DNA from: Setoptus koraiensis
Taxonomy: Eukaryota > Animalia > Arthropoda
Direction of reading: 5' to 3'
Assembly (NCBI GenBank): GCA_048013815.1
Contig: CM106586.1
Span: 18,972,001 to 19,036,000 of the forward strand
DNA length: 64,000 nt
Positions 39,015-51,586 of this stretch are shown here, piece after piece (the stretch's first letter is position 1; each line of letters starts with the position of its first letter). The position numbers were made by a program, and so were the translations under genes. The notes below the pieces were generated by a model that did not search any database, was not told the DNA's origin, and worked only from the letters and a program-made list of their open reading frames with translations.

Positions 39015-39541
39015 ATGAATATTTAAAAAAAACAGACATTCCTCGTTCACGTTCTCGCTTATCTGAATCTATATGGAAAAATCAAAGAATCTTCAAATTT
39101 TAGTAGGGCGAGCTAATACTCCCTGCAGCAACAAGTTGCCTCAAATAGGCTCAGTTGCATGAGTCGTCGTGTTACTGAGAGAAAGCGTGAGAAATGTGAG
39201 GATCTATTGATATTATTGCGTCATCGTTAGTATTATCAACTTGTGATACTTCATCATCTGGGGAGGAACACATTCAATAGACTTGATGGATCACATGAAA
39301 TATCTAATTGGTATGTTCATCTTCCTAAGGAAAACAATGTCAATGTGATGATGAACTTGAGGACAAACTTTTTTTCGGACTCGGGTGATGATTCATGAAT
39401 GTGAATATCGATTGATGGCCTTGAAGGAAGGCAAACTGGCGAGCCACTGAAACAATCAACATCTTTATCCTCCGCTTGCAAGTAGCTATGAAACGGAAGA
39501 GAGCTCCTTGTCAATCCGTCGGCTCTCATTGAAATAGAGCT

Positions 39542-40598
39542 CTATAAATCTTGATTGATCCAATCATTGAAGTCTACTCTAGAACTTAACAATGTCATTT
39601 GTTCTGTTCCATGGAATGGGGGCAAGTTCAATTTGTATTTTTTTTCAATTTCAGGCGGACAAAATCTACCTCCTAGATAGTGGAATCTGCCCTTGAAATA
39701 ACGCGCACACAACTTGGGCGCCGTCAGACTAATCAAACAATCTGGCTCCAGTACGGGGATTCTTAATTCTTCTGATTGACTTTCCTGTTGCTCGTCAATT
39801 TGTGTCGGTCCTGTCTCAACTGACCATCCTGAGGGTATGTCAACACTGATAATAGGGGTGTTATATCTTTTGTTAACGTGATGGATATCGTTCAACAATT
39901 TCGCCAATTGTATATTCCGATTCGGTGGCTTATATGAGAAACCAAATATTGCATCGACGATGAGATCAATTTTTCCATCGATTTTATTGTCTCCATAAAT
40001 CAACTGTTCGGGCACTGAGTCTAGTATGTCAATTCCAAAACCTTTGCACTGGTTGGCCAGTTTACTCATGGTTTGCTTTGGATAAATGACCAGAGGATCG
40101 AAACCAAAAGTGTGCAAATGTCTGGCACAAACAAGACCATCGCCACCGTTATTACCCGGTCCACAACAAATAATGATCCTCCTGAACTTTCTGTGTGGAT
40201 AGGTCTTTTTTATGGCGCAAGCAACACTGTAACCGGCCAATTCCATCAATTGATCCACGCTAAATTCATACCGTGTGAAGAGCTCTTGGTCCAGTTCGAT
40301 GGCCTCCTTCTGGCTGGCGTGAGGGGATGATTAATGAAAAGATGATTAGCTCTACTTGCACTACCAACCTGGCCCAAGCGCCAACCGTCCTAAGACAGCG
40401 TCCATCTCGAGTGCTGACTGAGAAGACTCACCTGAGAAGCTTCACCTCTGTTCCATGGCTTGATGTCATGCTTGCTGTTGCGGCGGCGATCCGAGGCCTC
40501 AAAGATGAAATTGTTGGCAATTTATTTTTGTGGACAATTGTTGAGCTAGAAATAATACGGCTGGACCGACAAACGTCAGACAGAAGCGACCTGATCAT
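39542..40598 (-). CDS. NAXE: NAD(P)H-hydrate epimerase (YjeF_N), 2 exons
   Basis: Exons 40598-40432 and 40313-39542 (phase 2, AG|GTGAGT...CAG|C) give [32 protein letters not shown]. Further motifs: CGPGNNGGDGLVCARHL, DAIFGFS, SVDIPSGW, LISLTAPK, HYLGGRF. Confidence 0.96.
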
Positions 40599-42980
40599 GA
40601 ATTTCGACACTGCTTCAACCAATTGAATGAGTGCTTGACATATTTCAACAAATGCAACCAATATTTGACACTATTGTGTTGAATATGTGTATCGATGGAT
40701 AAAATGCCAGCCGTTGGCTTTAATTAGGGGTTTAGACCAGAGGTTGGGCAACATAAATCTGTATTTTTCTCGGATGCATTGTTTACCGTGGCTCACATGT
40801 TACTAACATGATGCTGAACATGAGAGCAGAAATTAGTTTCGGGAACGACCACCAAGCGGCGCGGCGCCTGTTTTTCACCGGTGGCGCCACCAATCGAACA
40901 ACAATCAGCCGGTCCCCTCCCAAAAGAGGAGGCACCACAGACTCACCTCTTGGGCCGACATTCTTGGCCCTAAAATGGTGCTTAGAATTTGCATTTTATT
41001 TGATTATGCAAATAGCGAGAATTTGCCGCGAGAGACCGAGCCGAGAGAGATTCGGCAACTCAGATTGAAAAGTCCTCGACAGGAAGCCTTTCAATCTCTC
41101 AGCGCGAGTTTCTCGGTCACTTTTGTGAGCCCTCAGCTCAATAACAAAGTGAGATTCTCCTATGAGTTGGAACCTCTTCCTCTCCACTCTTACCATACGA
41201 TAATAAGAGAAATTACCACAAGATTCTCGTCTGGCTGACGAAAAGAGTCGGAACGAAATTTGATCTTATTTCATTTTGTTCATTTCTGCCTCCCTAGAAC
41301 TTGTGCGTCTCTTTCAAAATCTCCCTAACCCTCGCACACACCGGCTGATCCACCTTGAGAAGACCACGACGAAGAATGTCACAGCTTATTTTCACAGGGC
41401 GGTTTCTCTTCGGTGGCCACAGCGAGACGAGGGGAAATTTCTATCAACTTTACAGAAAGTTTTCCAGACCAAAACTCGAGACGCGAAAGAGAGAATGAGC
41501 GAAGATGCGACCTGAAAGTGCAGCAACAGAGTACCCATGCGCAAGAGATTAGTGACCCATCAGAAGGTTGACAAAGTTTTGCTGATCTGGGCATTCGTCT
41601 CTCCAAAACGGCCCATCAGCTGGACATACATCCCATACAGTTTTAGTTTGCTACTTGGTAACTTGAATTTGACCATCTGAATAAGATGCCTGATGACATA
41701 TCGCGACAAATGTGAGACACAAAATACATATGCTGCGATTAGTGATCGGCCTCTCTTCTGGGGGAGCTGGGCTTGGAGTGCCGCGAACGCCATCAAGCAC
41801 CATAAATATTGATAAGTTTCAGCGGTTGTTGTGTGAATACTCAAGGTAATTTTAAGATCACTATCATAGTGACACTATGGCTCGTCTTGAAATGACCTCA
41901 AATGGTAGTTCACACAAACGCAAGTTGTGGTCCACCGCCAAAGTAATGACCGTGCTCTAGCCAGCCTGATATGGCAAGTAATGCATGTATTATATTTCAC
42001 GCCAGACAATCGATAATTTATTTCCATATTTTTTTCCATTGTAGAGTTTATCTGTCTTAAAAGAGACTGTCGTTGGTGAAAGTGCTGATATAGACAGAAT
42101 TCAAATCTGTTCAGATTATCTCCAGACAATTGCCAGACGATTCGTGACTTTGATGCCCCATACAATTCATGTGGTTGTCGTTGCGCAACGTTGCGGTTGT
42201 TGTGGCTGCCGCTGCTACTATTAATTAGTATTGATTATTATTATTAGGTTAACTAAACTCTAGCATCCCTATATAGCGGCTATAATGGCGACAGCACTCA
42301 GGACAACAGCGGCCAACGACCATGAGAGTCTACGGTAGAATGGTGTGAAAATGGAATGACTGCTGACTATCAGCACTGATCAGAGATGTTACTGATTCAG
42401 TCCAGTTGTTGTTCACTTTATATGAAGTATTTCGAACTATACTGGCACAATTCTGTGGATATCGCCTACGGATCGTTTATTGTCGGCCATCAAGTGCACA
42501 ATTTCGGTGAATGCTGATTGTCTAGTGATTGTCCAATTACAAAATTATATAACCTACAAACAAATAAAATTGATTTGGAAGCAACCTGCGACCGTAAATC
42601 AATGAGTGCTTGAGCATACGATATTTTTCATTTGTAGATCAATTCCATATCAGTGATCAGTGTGAGTTGCATGGGCTCATGAACAACTGCGACGGAAATG
42701 TCTGGCTCTGGCATCAGCTAAATTTGATTTGACGTCAATCGATCGCTGCGAGTCTTGTTATTAGCGTTTGGCCCAACAATCTGATTAACGCGGGCCCGAG
42801 TGTGTGTGTGTGTGTGTGATATAAGACAAACAAATAATAGTAAAGAGTAGCCGGTAGTGATGGCGATAGTGGCGTTGTAGAATAATTTGATGGAACTGGT
42901 CATATGAAAGAATTCTGCCACACGCAATGGCTCGCTTGTATGGGTACATGAGTTTATAATGCGGCCAACTTTTGCCCACC

Positions 42981-43008
42981 ATACATACATACATACATAC
43001 ATACATAC
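42981..43008. repeat. (ATAC)7 microsatellite
   Basis: Direct reading. Confidence 0.95.
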
Positions 43009-45019
43009 ACCGGCGGTTATATATCGACAATGAATCAGATGGACTTCAGACATGTAATACAGCTAGACAGAAAGAAATTACTCACGCAATATTTAACCAT
43101 GATTATGTAGCCAAGTAACAAGTCAACCTAGATGAGACACCCAATCAACTGAGAGTTGTGATTTTTTGCTGCTTGCTTGCTTGCTTTATTTATTTTGGCC
43201 TAGTCTCTTGGCCACATTCACAGACAACAAAGCTTTCAGATTGACACTACTCGGATATAGCTGGCCAACAACATCACTGCTACGTGTATCATTACTGAAA
43301 TTCATGTATGTACCCAGGTAGTAACCATATACCAACATATAACCATTGCCACTAGTATGTATGTGGCAGCCATGATTGTGCGAGCGACATTGCACGGAGC
43401 TATATGATTTTGTATATGTGTTCATAGCCAATACACACAAACACTAATGAATTGGGAGCAAGGTGAAAGCAGTGTGCCCGATTGCATTATCATTATTACT
43501 ATTATTATCCGAGTAAAAAGTATGTTATCGTCATCATCGCCATCGTCAATTTCTGTTATAGCATGAATGTTAGCGAAATTTTAGACTCCATCATCCAGCA
43601 TCATTATCGTCATCGCTAAATTGTGCCCCATTCCGTGTCGATTTATTTATGTTGGCCTCTCTATGGCAGTGTGGCTCTACGGCCCTATGGCTGCTCTCCA
43701 TCTATCTGCCGCTGGCCATCTAGTTTAGCCCACATATCGGCTGGCCATACATGCAACAACAACAAAAACTCGTGCCATAACATGATTACCAAGCCTCGTG
43801 TCGCCAGCTACGTGCACCATACATACAGGTATATATATGGTGGTCATCTAGTGGAAGACTATGGGAGTTGGTCTTGTGGCTACTACCACAATCACTATAA
43901 ACAAACTAGTTAGAGCGGGCCTCAAAGTCATCATTGGGCGTGGTTACTTTGTATATTGCTAGATAGGGAACAAGAATATTATAGCGACAACAACAACAAT
44001 GATGACGACTTCCCTCTCGCTGTCCCTCATTCTCCTTTGCTCCATTGACCAATTTCATGATTGTGCCATATAAACATAGAATTATCCAGCAAACACACAC
44101 ACACACACACACACTCACGCGCGACGCGTATAAACGAAAATATTGAGATACCCATCGGATATTCTAGGTAGGTACTTGTAGATGGGGCGCATATTGGTAG
44201 TTGATTGTTAGGTGCATTAGGCATTAAATGGTGCGCATCGCTATTGTTACACTGGTCGTTACACTAGTCCCCTAGCACTGTTACGTAACAGCGAATGGCC
44301 GCCTAGTCTAGTATTAGTCGCCGTAGTTATTTCGACATAATCACAACTAGAAAAACAGGAAGCGGAAAAGAAATACGTACAGTGCAACAACAAAGACGAG
44401 CTTCTAATTAAGCATTGAGCTCGATAGAACGAGCACTACTATTGAATTAGGTAAACCCTATTTCTGAGAATAACAAGATGAGGTGTAGTTTTGAAGCGTA
44501 ACAAGCTCGCAAGATCATCAATCGTCCTCATGTGAATGCAAATCCACAACACAACTCGAGATATCATAATAATTCCAGCTGTTCGTGCAAGTTATAAAAC
44601 GTGAATTAGTTTGTTCGCTCAGCTAGAGTTATTTATGATCATCAGACCCATCTCCGAATGTGCGATTGCGTTTTGTTTGTTTCATCAGCAGTCGTCAGAA
44701 TTAGCTAGAAAACTTTCCAGACAGATCATCCAGCCAACAATTGCCAAGATGCGAAAAAGTGCAAAAGTCTCAGGCAAACTATTGGACAAGTTTTCGCGTG
44801 GTTAACTGCGCCGAGTTAGCGTGAAATCTTGCAATCATTGCGCCCTCTTTCGCACGAGAGCGCAAACAAGAGATAAACATGTGCGATTTCGCAATGAGAA
44901 AAAGCACATGTTTTGTTTCTGAAATAGACCGTTGAATTCTTCAGGCAGGAAACGCTCGTTTATTATTAACTAATTGTTGCAATTATCCAGTTAATTTTAT
45001 CATCGGCCACAATCAGAAA

Positions 45020-46078
45020 ATGGACTCTTTACTTGTGGGCGATCATTTGGGACAACTCAAGAGGGTCGATTTAAAAGGAGAGAAGAGGGTCGATATAGCA
45101 GGCACCGGCGACCCCGTTGTAACCATAGCCCCAATGTTAGATGATGATGGCAAATATTTGATTGCTACAGAAAAGAAATTCATTTATGTTTATGATGGCC
45201 CCAGCGGCAAACACACATCCATGGAACGCGACGATAAACTTGCCCTCTGCAAGGCACTACCACTAACGCCCGATAAAATATTAATGTTTCACGAAAAACA
45301 GGTGAACCTCTTCGACACCACCTCTATGACAAGCGAACCTGGTTACCTGTCCTTGGGCAAACCGGCCGGCAATATTCTCATCAAGAACGCCTCTATTATG
45401 GGTGACAATGTGGCTGTTGTCGGCAAAAATGTGCCTCTGAGAGTATTTGATATTCAAACGAAACAAAGAATATTCACAGCTAACCCGCCCGAAAAAGACT
45501 ATTTGGGGATCAGCCCAGATATTTATGTTACCGGCCTCGATTGGTTGGGCGCAAACACGTCAGGCCCAGTTAAAATAGTGACCTGTTCAAAGTCTGACTC
45601 CATTATACGTGTCTATGACACTAAATCAAATCCCAAACCGGTGCTCACCGTCGATCTATCAGATCAGACATTCAACGAGTATGCGGATACACCTAAATTT
45701 ACCACAATTACCGCGAGCAGGGTCCGGAATACTTCAAATCAAGCTGTCATAGTCGGATCAACCGTGGGACATATGATAGGGGTAGACTTGCGTTTTGCAC
45801 CTAGTAAAAATAAGAAAAAATCAAAAAATCACAAGCGTTTAGGTAATTTGAAAGGTTCCAGAGGTGGCTCTATCACAGACATTAAATTCGTAGCGGAGGA
45901 TGATTGTGTCAATAAGATTGTTAGCTGTTCTCTCGATCGCTATCTTAGGATACATAACTTTACTAAATCTAGTATGGCTTTCGCTTCGCGTAATTTAGAA
46001 AATAAAGTCTATATGACCACAAAGCCAACATGTTGTTATGTAATTTACAAGGACCCGGACTGTGAAGAGATCGGCTGA
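45020..46078 (+). CDS. WDR74: WD-repeat protein 74 / Nsa1 (60S biogenesis factor), single exon, 352 aa
   Basis: N-terminal LLVGDHLGQLKRV, then the RVFDI..IFTA.P..D.LG motif, IRVYDT...KPV, VIVGSTVG.M..VDLR, KG..GSITDI and IVSCSLDRYLRIH..KVYM, which follow the WDR74/Nsa1 pattern. Confidence 0.85.
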   Translation: MDSLLVGDHLGQLKRVDLKGEKRVDIAGTGDPVVTIAPMLDDDGKYLIATEKKFIYVYDGPSGKHTSMERDDKLALCKALPLTPDKILMFHEKQVNLFDTTSMTSEPGYLSLGKPAGNILIKNASIMGDNVAVVGKNVPLRVFDIQTKQRIFTANPPEKDYLGISPDIYVTGLDWLGANTSGPVKIVTCSKSDSIIRVYDTKSNPKPVLTVDLSDQTFNEYADTPKFTTITASRVRNTSNQAVIVGSTVGHMIGVDLRFAPSKNKKKSKNHKRLGNLKGSRGGSITDIKFVAEDDCVNKIVSCSLDRYLRIHNFTKSSMAFASRNLENKVYMTTKPTCCYVIYKDPDCEEIG

Positions 46079-47156
46079 ACGTCACAATGTTGTTAAAAAG
46101 AAACAAGACAAATGAATAAACGAAAATGTACATAACAGAAACTGTTGATCCATTTACCGGGATAATCTGCTCCACCAGTTGTTTACATTTTGGAAAATTG
46201 ACGATATCATGTAACTACCCATTTATTCTTGAGTGCGGTTTTATAAGATGGAAAATCTATGAAAACTCAGAATTTTGTATCGTAATCAAGTGGCACCGTT
46301 ATTTTGAAGGTTCTTGGAGTCCCGCACAGAATCATAGTGGCTCTAGTTTCAATAAATTAATAGTGCTATTTCTACTGTTTCCTTTAGAAATTTGTAGGTG
46401 AGTTTCTGCATTTAAAGTCTGCGTTTCGAACCAGTGATAACGACCGCCCCGCATCAACAGTATCGCACATGAATCTATTTGATTCGGATGGCAAAACACT
46501 TGTTAGTTTAGTATCGCTATAACAAATGGCAAGTCCTTTCGAATCCCTGTAGCTATTCGAATAATGTCTTGTTGAATAGTTACTCTAACGGCTCAAGATG
46601 CAGCGGTTTTGTTCGTTCGACACAATTTAGACTTAGCCAAATGATGTAATAATACTCACCTGTATGAGATGTAGTCAGTGCACAAATGTTATGGACAGCA
46701 GGTTGGATTAAGAACTGTTCGTTACTCAAGCAGCAAGTTCGCCAGTGAGCCTTGCTGAGTTCTTTTTAGTCCTTAATGATGATGCAGCCAGCCGCATGTA
46801 ATAACTTGTTTTGTGTATGATAGCGCCTACGTCTTGACCGAGTTATGTAGACACACAAACAAGTTATATATAAATTAAACTTATAGCTGACCAAGAAAGA
46901 GTTGCATTGCTTGTATTTGTGTGTGAGTGTGTGTTGTTGCGTAATATTTGGCCAGTTTGCAGGAATCAATTTGAGGTCAGAAGAAGGAGTTTACAATAAC
47001 GAGTGCGAAGAAGTGCGTCATCCGGAACACTATGATCAACTCTGCAGAGGCTCTCAGTTTACTCAACGATGAGGTCATGATACTTAGAGGTCTACACGAT
47101 CAATAGTGCAAGCCTTCAGGAAACCAAGTGCCAAAAGAGGTAAATGGAAGACCCAA

Positions 47157-48398
47157 ATGGAGGAAAAAGTGCCTCAAAGAATAGTCAATATGGATCAGCT
47201 CGGCCTCATGAATTTAGATCTGAACGCAAACGAAAAATCCAATTGTAAACTGTCACCGTCACAAGATAACATAACGCCAAGTGATGATAAAGTTTTAATT
47301 GAAGATTATGCCGACTATGTGAAACAACTCAAGCATATGGGCCAGACGTTGCGATCGGACAGGAACAAGCCGCCGCTGAGCGAAAAACCAGATTGGTTTG
47401 ATGAGGAACTATTCGAGAATGCCAAATTGGTGTACGCAAACAATTTTATGGGCATAAACTTTGCTCATTTTGCCGGATTAATACTACTTGTTAGGATAGA
47501 TTCCGTGTACAAGACATTGGTGTCAACGGGAGAATCAGCGCGAGTTAGCAAATTGTTTCGGCGTTACTTTCAGACTGTGATGCATGTAAAATCGTGGTAT
47601 GAGGGCGACATATTCGATCCCAATGACAAGGCCCATCAATCTTTTTTGATAGTGCGAGGAATGCACGACAAGGCCTCAAGAAAGCTGAATGACCTGAATG
47701 AAAATGATGTTTACAGCAAAGTTACCAAGGATCAAAATGGCAACAACACATCGGCAATGCTGTCGCCGTGTAAAAATGCGAAAAATCAAGCAGACTCTGG
47801 AGTGCATATATCTGAATATGATCTAATGTTAACACAAGTGGCCTTTCTTGGATTCATTTTGACCAGACCCAACAATGTGGGACTGATAGACAGTTTCAGT
47901 AGATACGACGCCGAAAGTATGATACATTTTTGGCGAGTTATTGGCTTCTATTTGGGCACCACAAATAAATTTAATTTATGTTCCTACAATTATGACCAAG
48001 TTATAGGGCTGTGTCGGACGTTCATGGATGCCGAATATCGTAAATCGTTGGGCCTAAATCAACTGGACACATCGCCGGGCGTTATGAGCGTCAACATCAT
48101 TAGATCGATTAAATTCGTGCCAATGCTAACTGTCTATGCCATGGTCAAGTATCTGAGTGAAATACTCAACTACGAGCCAACAATGAAGGAGCTGATAATA
48201 TTGAATCAGCGTAAGACATGGTATTCGCGACTAAGCTACACCCTCATGACACTTGTTATGACGCGACTATTGGCCTACAAGCCTTTCAGATCTTTCAACA
48301 ATGGCCTCACAAGACTCAGTCTGTACTGTGTCGCCGGCTTAGAGAATTGGTTCTCAAATAGACTGGATACGAAGTACTCGACAGAGCTGAGATTGTGA
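47157..48398 (+). CDS. mpaB/Lcp rubber-oxygenase-like (DUF2236) domain protein, single exon
   Basis: The ORF is open from 47106 and the first ATG is at 47157. Motifs PDWFDEELF, RRYFQTVMHVKSWY, DPNDKAHQSFLIVRGMH, ISEYDLMLTQVAF and IHFWRVIGFYLG match the arthropod members of this family as I recall them. Confidence 0.75.
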   Translation: MEEKVPQRIVNMDQLGLMNLDLNANEKSNCKLSPSQDNITPSDDKVLIEDYADYVKQLKHMGQTLRSDRNKPPLSEKPDWFDEELFENAKLVYANNFMGINFAHFAGLILLVRIDSVYKTLVSTGESARVSKLFRRYFQTVMHVKSWYEGDIFDPNDKAHQSFLIVRGMHDKASRKLNDLNENDVYSKVTKDQNGNNTSAMLSPCKNAKNQADSGVHISEYDLMLTQVAFLGFILTRPNNVGLIDSFSRYDAESMIHFWRVIGFYLGTTNKFNLCSYNYDQVIGLCRTFMDAEYRKSLGLNQLDTSPGVMSVNIIRSIKFVPMLTVYAMVKYLSEILNYEPTMKELIILNQRKTWYSRLSYTLMTLVMTRLLAYKPFRSFNNGLTRLSLYCVAGLENWFSNRLDTKYSTELRL

Positions 48399-48673
48399 GA
48401 TATACAAACACGAACAAGTTTGTTATTATTAATTTTTGCCGATCTATTGGTTGCAATTGCCGTCGTCTGATCAGTTTAATTGATATACCAATATCGTTAG
48501 ATTGATTGGTCTTAGGACACGAGAAACCATTTGGGCATGGCACTTCATTTCCATTGTTATTGCTGATAGATAAAAAAGATTCATCGCGAACGGTTGTCTC
48601 CTGTTTGACATGCATAATTTATTCACTATCAACTGATAATTAAAGTGCAACATTTATTTGACGACAATGACAA

Positions 48674-49753
48674 TCAATAGTTGGAATTCATGTTGGTGTA
48701 AGTTGAAAGGAGTCGGCTGATTGCTGATACATTACGTCCCACTAAAAATTGTTGTGAAATTGTTAAAAGTAATCATTAATTTTCCATTAATATTGTCGCA
48801 TGTCTACAGCATGTCGCGCGGACCTTTTTCAATCGATTCACCAATGGGGTCTACTTACCGTGAGCCTTTGTGCCAGAAGCAGGCAATGCCCGGGTGCAAC
48901 GAGAACTTGCTGGCTTGTAATCCCTACAAATCATTCTTGGCATTCGCGATATAGCTCTTTCTAGCACTGTCTTGATAAATTCCATTGCTTCTACACCACA
49001 TTTCTGCTCAATAAGCGAATGGGTACACTCTTGGAATCTGTTCAGATTACTGTAAGAAAATTTACGCACGAACAAAATTAATATTGACAGTTAGTGTTAT
49101 GTGACACATTTGGGCCCACCCTCAGGTTAAGTATCAATTTTACCTACCAACAACCCAAGGTCATCTTGTCGAAGGCCATAGCTTTGTGTATGCCTTCGAA
49201 TGCCACCTGTAGATCCGTGAGACACCCGGACATGAAATGTTTGCGAACTCCGTTTAGGCAAGGGGCATGCTTTTTGTATGTCTCTCGCAACTTGGTTTCT
49301 CTGGTACAAAATTCCGATCTCATTTGTTTGGCATGAACAAAGAACATATCTACTAATCCTTTAGCAGCGTAGTCTAAACATCTACTGGTGTAATTGTCTG
49401 TACAATCGACAGCCTCCTTCAAAAGAACACACTGTTGGTCGATTTCGGAATCAGCCACAGGTAAACCCTTAGGATTTTGTATTATACTTAATGCCAAAGT
49501 TGTACATAAGTCCACCTCTCTCATGTGGCAAGACTCTGTCGATGTTACAACGTCTATTAGCTCATTATTAAATAGTCCTATTAGGACTAATAGAACAACT
49601 GGACGTAAACAGAGGGAGAGAGAGAGAGATTTTTATGTATGCTGTTTTATTACTTGATTCGAAATCGATTTTAATGGTTGATCATCTCTTATACTAACCT
49701 GGCAAATACACTAAACAACCGAAGTCGATATTCTGTAATGAGAGGTTCTTCAT
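48674..49753 (-). CDS. Uncharacterised Cys-rich, probably extracellular protein of a chelicerate-type family, 4 exons (first exon uncertain)
   Basis: Exons 49535-49148, 49049-48859 and 48741-48674 join in phase: SCHMREVDLC...QQCVLLKEAVDCTDNYTSRC...EFC...YKKHAPCLN...GCC...QKCG...MICRDY...C...SRLLSTY. The candidate first exon 49753-49699 (MKNLSLQNIDFGCLVYLP, phase 1) is only a weak signal peptide. Confidence 0.75.
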
Positions 49754-51586
49754 TTTGACTTTAATTGGTCTCTTCAAAAATGCCCAATGTAATTGGCGTT
49801 GTTTGTTTAAAGGCAGCCTCAAACAATGAGGAATGTACCAGAAACTGTTATAGATGAATTCACTGACTATTCTTTAACGTTATGTGATTGGATGTTAGTT
49901 TGCTCACGCGAACCAAAGACAAGAAAACTGTTTGAAATTACATAAATTCTATCAGAATAATGATATAGGATCATAATGAATGATACATAGAGACATCGAA
50001 ATCGAACTGTGATTCCACTTCCTACAGATAATCACTTAGTTGAATTTCACTGATATTCATTTACCTTTTTGCACGTCACGAATGTTAGCTTGGCACTATA
50101 TCAGTCCCAAACAACAATTCAATTATTCCACTCAATCGCATGGAGTCAGAAAGATGGAATGGAATTCGTCGCATCAGAATAGGAATTTTAAAAATAAAAA
50201 TCAATCTCGCGTGATGCTTTCAGCAACATGCTCGAGAGATAGACTCAATAGATAGTTATGCTCATGCATGACCAAATATCCATCAATAACACTATTTATT
50301 TATGTTTTTTTCTAGTTATAATTTAGTTTTAATTATGTTCATGGTCCTGAAAACTTAACCATGAACATAATTAAAATGCCGATTGAACAAATTTTCAGTC
50401 CGGAACAATGTAGATAGTGCCGAGGTGAATCATGCAGTGACGTGCAAAGTATTTTCGATTAAAGATTCTCCAAGCCAATCCTCTCAAGCTGGGCGAAATC
50501 CAAACTTTCGAATTAATCGTACGACAATGCTCGTTATCCGTGTCCATTCAGGCATGTCGTTTAGTATAAACAAACAACGAGGGATTTTCTAGATTTCCTA
50601 CTGCGTCACTGTAAACAAAGTTCTGGGTTGGTGCGACAGAATGGCACTCGAGAAATCGATCTAGGCGATATTTGTCTTTGCTCAAAAAAAAAAAAAAATG
50701 TTATTCCTTGTTTTGCCCAGATTCTGAAACGAAGGTCAATCGTTCAAGCTCATTGTTTGCATAATTTTTGAATTTTTACGGGACTAATTAACAGTATGCC
50801 CGCCTACACCTAACTAACTGTTCTTATCTGAAGCTGGTTCACTGTTTTTTCCTCGTGATTGCATGAAAACAGAAGAAGTGATGAATGTCTCATGGCACGA
50901 ATTATGTGTAATGGTGGCACGCAACTTCGTATGTAATTAAACTCGACAAAAAATTGTTCAATTTACCGTAAGAATGGGTTCACTATGGACACTAGCGTAA
51001 TCAGAAAAGTTTTAGTAAGCTTTGTTCGAACTCCATCGATAAGGTCAGTTTTGCCTCGCTAATTCTAAACTATTCTTGCAATCTCCAAATCTACTCGGTT
51101 CTCTTCAAACTTACTAGGCCCCCATCCATCAATTTGATGTGGGTCATTGATCTTTGCTTTTTCTTATTGCAATGCAACTCGGTTTCAATTTAGCCATTTT
51201 TTACTGCAAATTTTCCCTACAAAAACGGTTCGAACTTCGAAGAGGCTAAACTAGTCGGAAAATGAGCTGACCAAATTGAATCAATGAATCTAACCAATCT
51301 AATGAATTTCAACTACCAAACCTTTGGTAGGATCTTTCATTCTGATTGCAAACGAGTACAGATATTAGATGGATATTTCACAAATGGTTTATTATCGACG
51401 TGAAGTTTCTTGTGATCTAAGCCGCAACAAATTAAGAGGAGCACGATCACTTCGATGACCGATCCAGTTGAAAGATAAAGCTTTGTTCCGAATAAGAGCT
51501 CAGGGATCGTCAATCTTGACAGGTACAATGACTAAGAAGATTTGAATGGAGGCACTATCTGCATTGTAACATACGTTAGAACATTT

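Noticed and set aside
43664-43674. 11-nt match to the 5' end of miR-34; similar 10-12 nt matches to miR-219 (about 42526), miR-7 (about 43852) and miR-375 (about 46608)
   Set aside because: The matches stop after 10-12 nt and no proper hairpin forms.
46385-46800. Possible minus-strand exons (donor near 46659, open stretch of about 65 codons)
   Set aside because: The phases did not join consistently and no homology was recognised.
51337-51528. Hydrophobic ORF first considered as the last GR exon
   Set aside because: A better terminal exon (51640-51587) with a strong acceptor and a TM7-like sequence lies upstream. It remains possible only as an alternative 3' exon.
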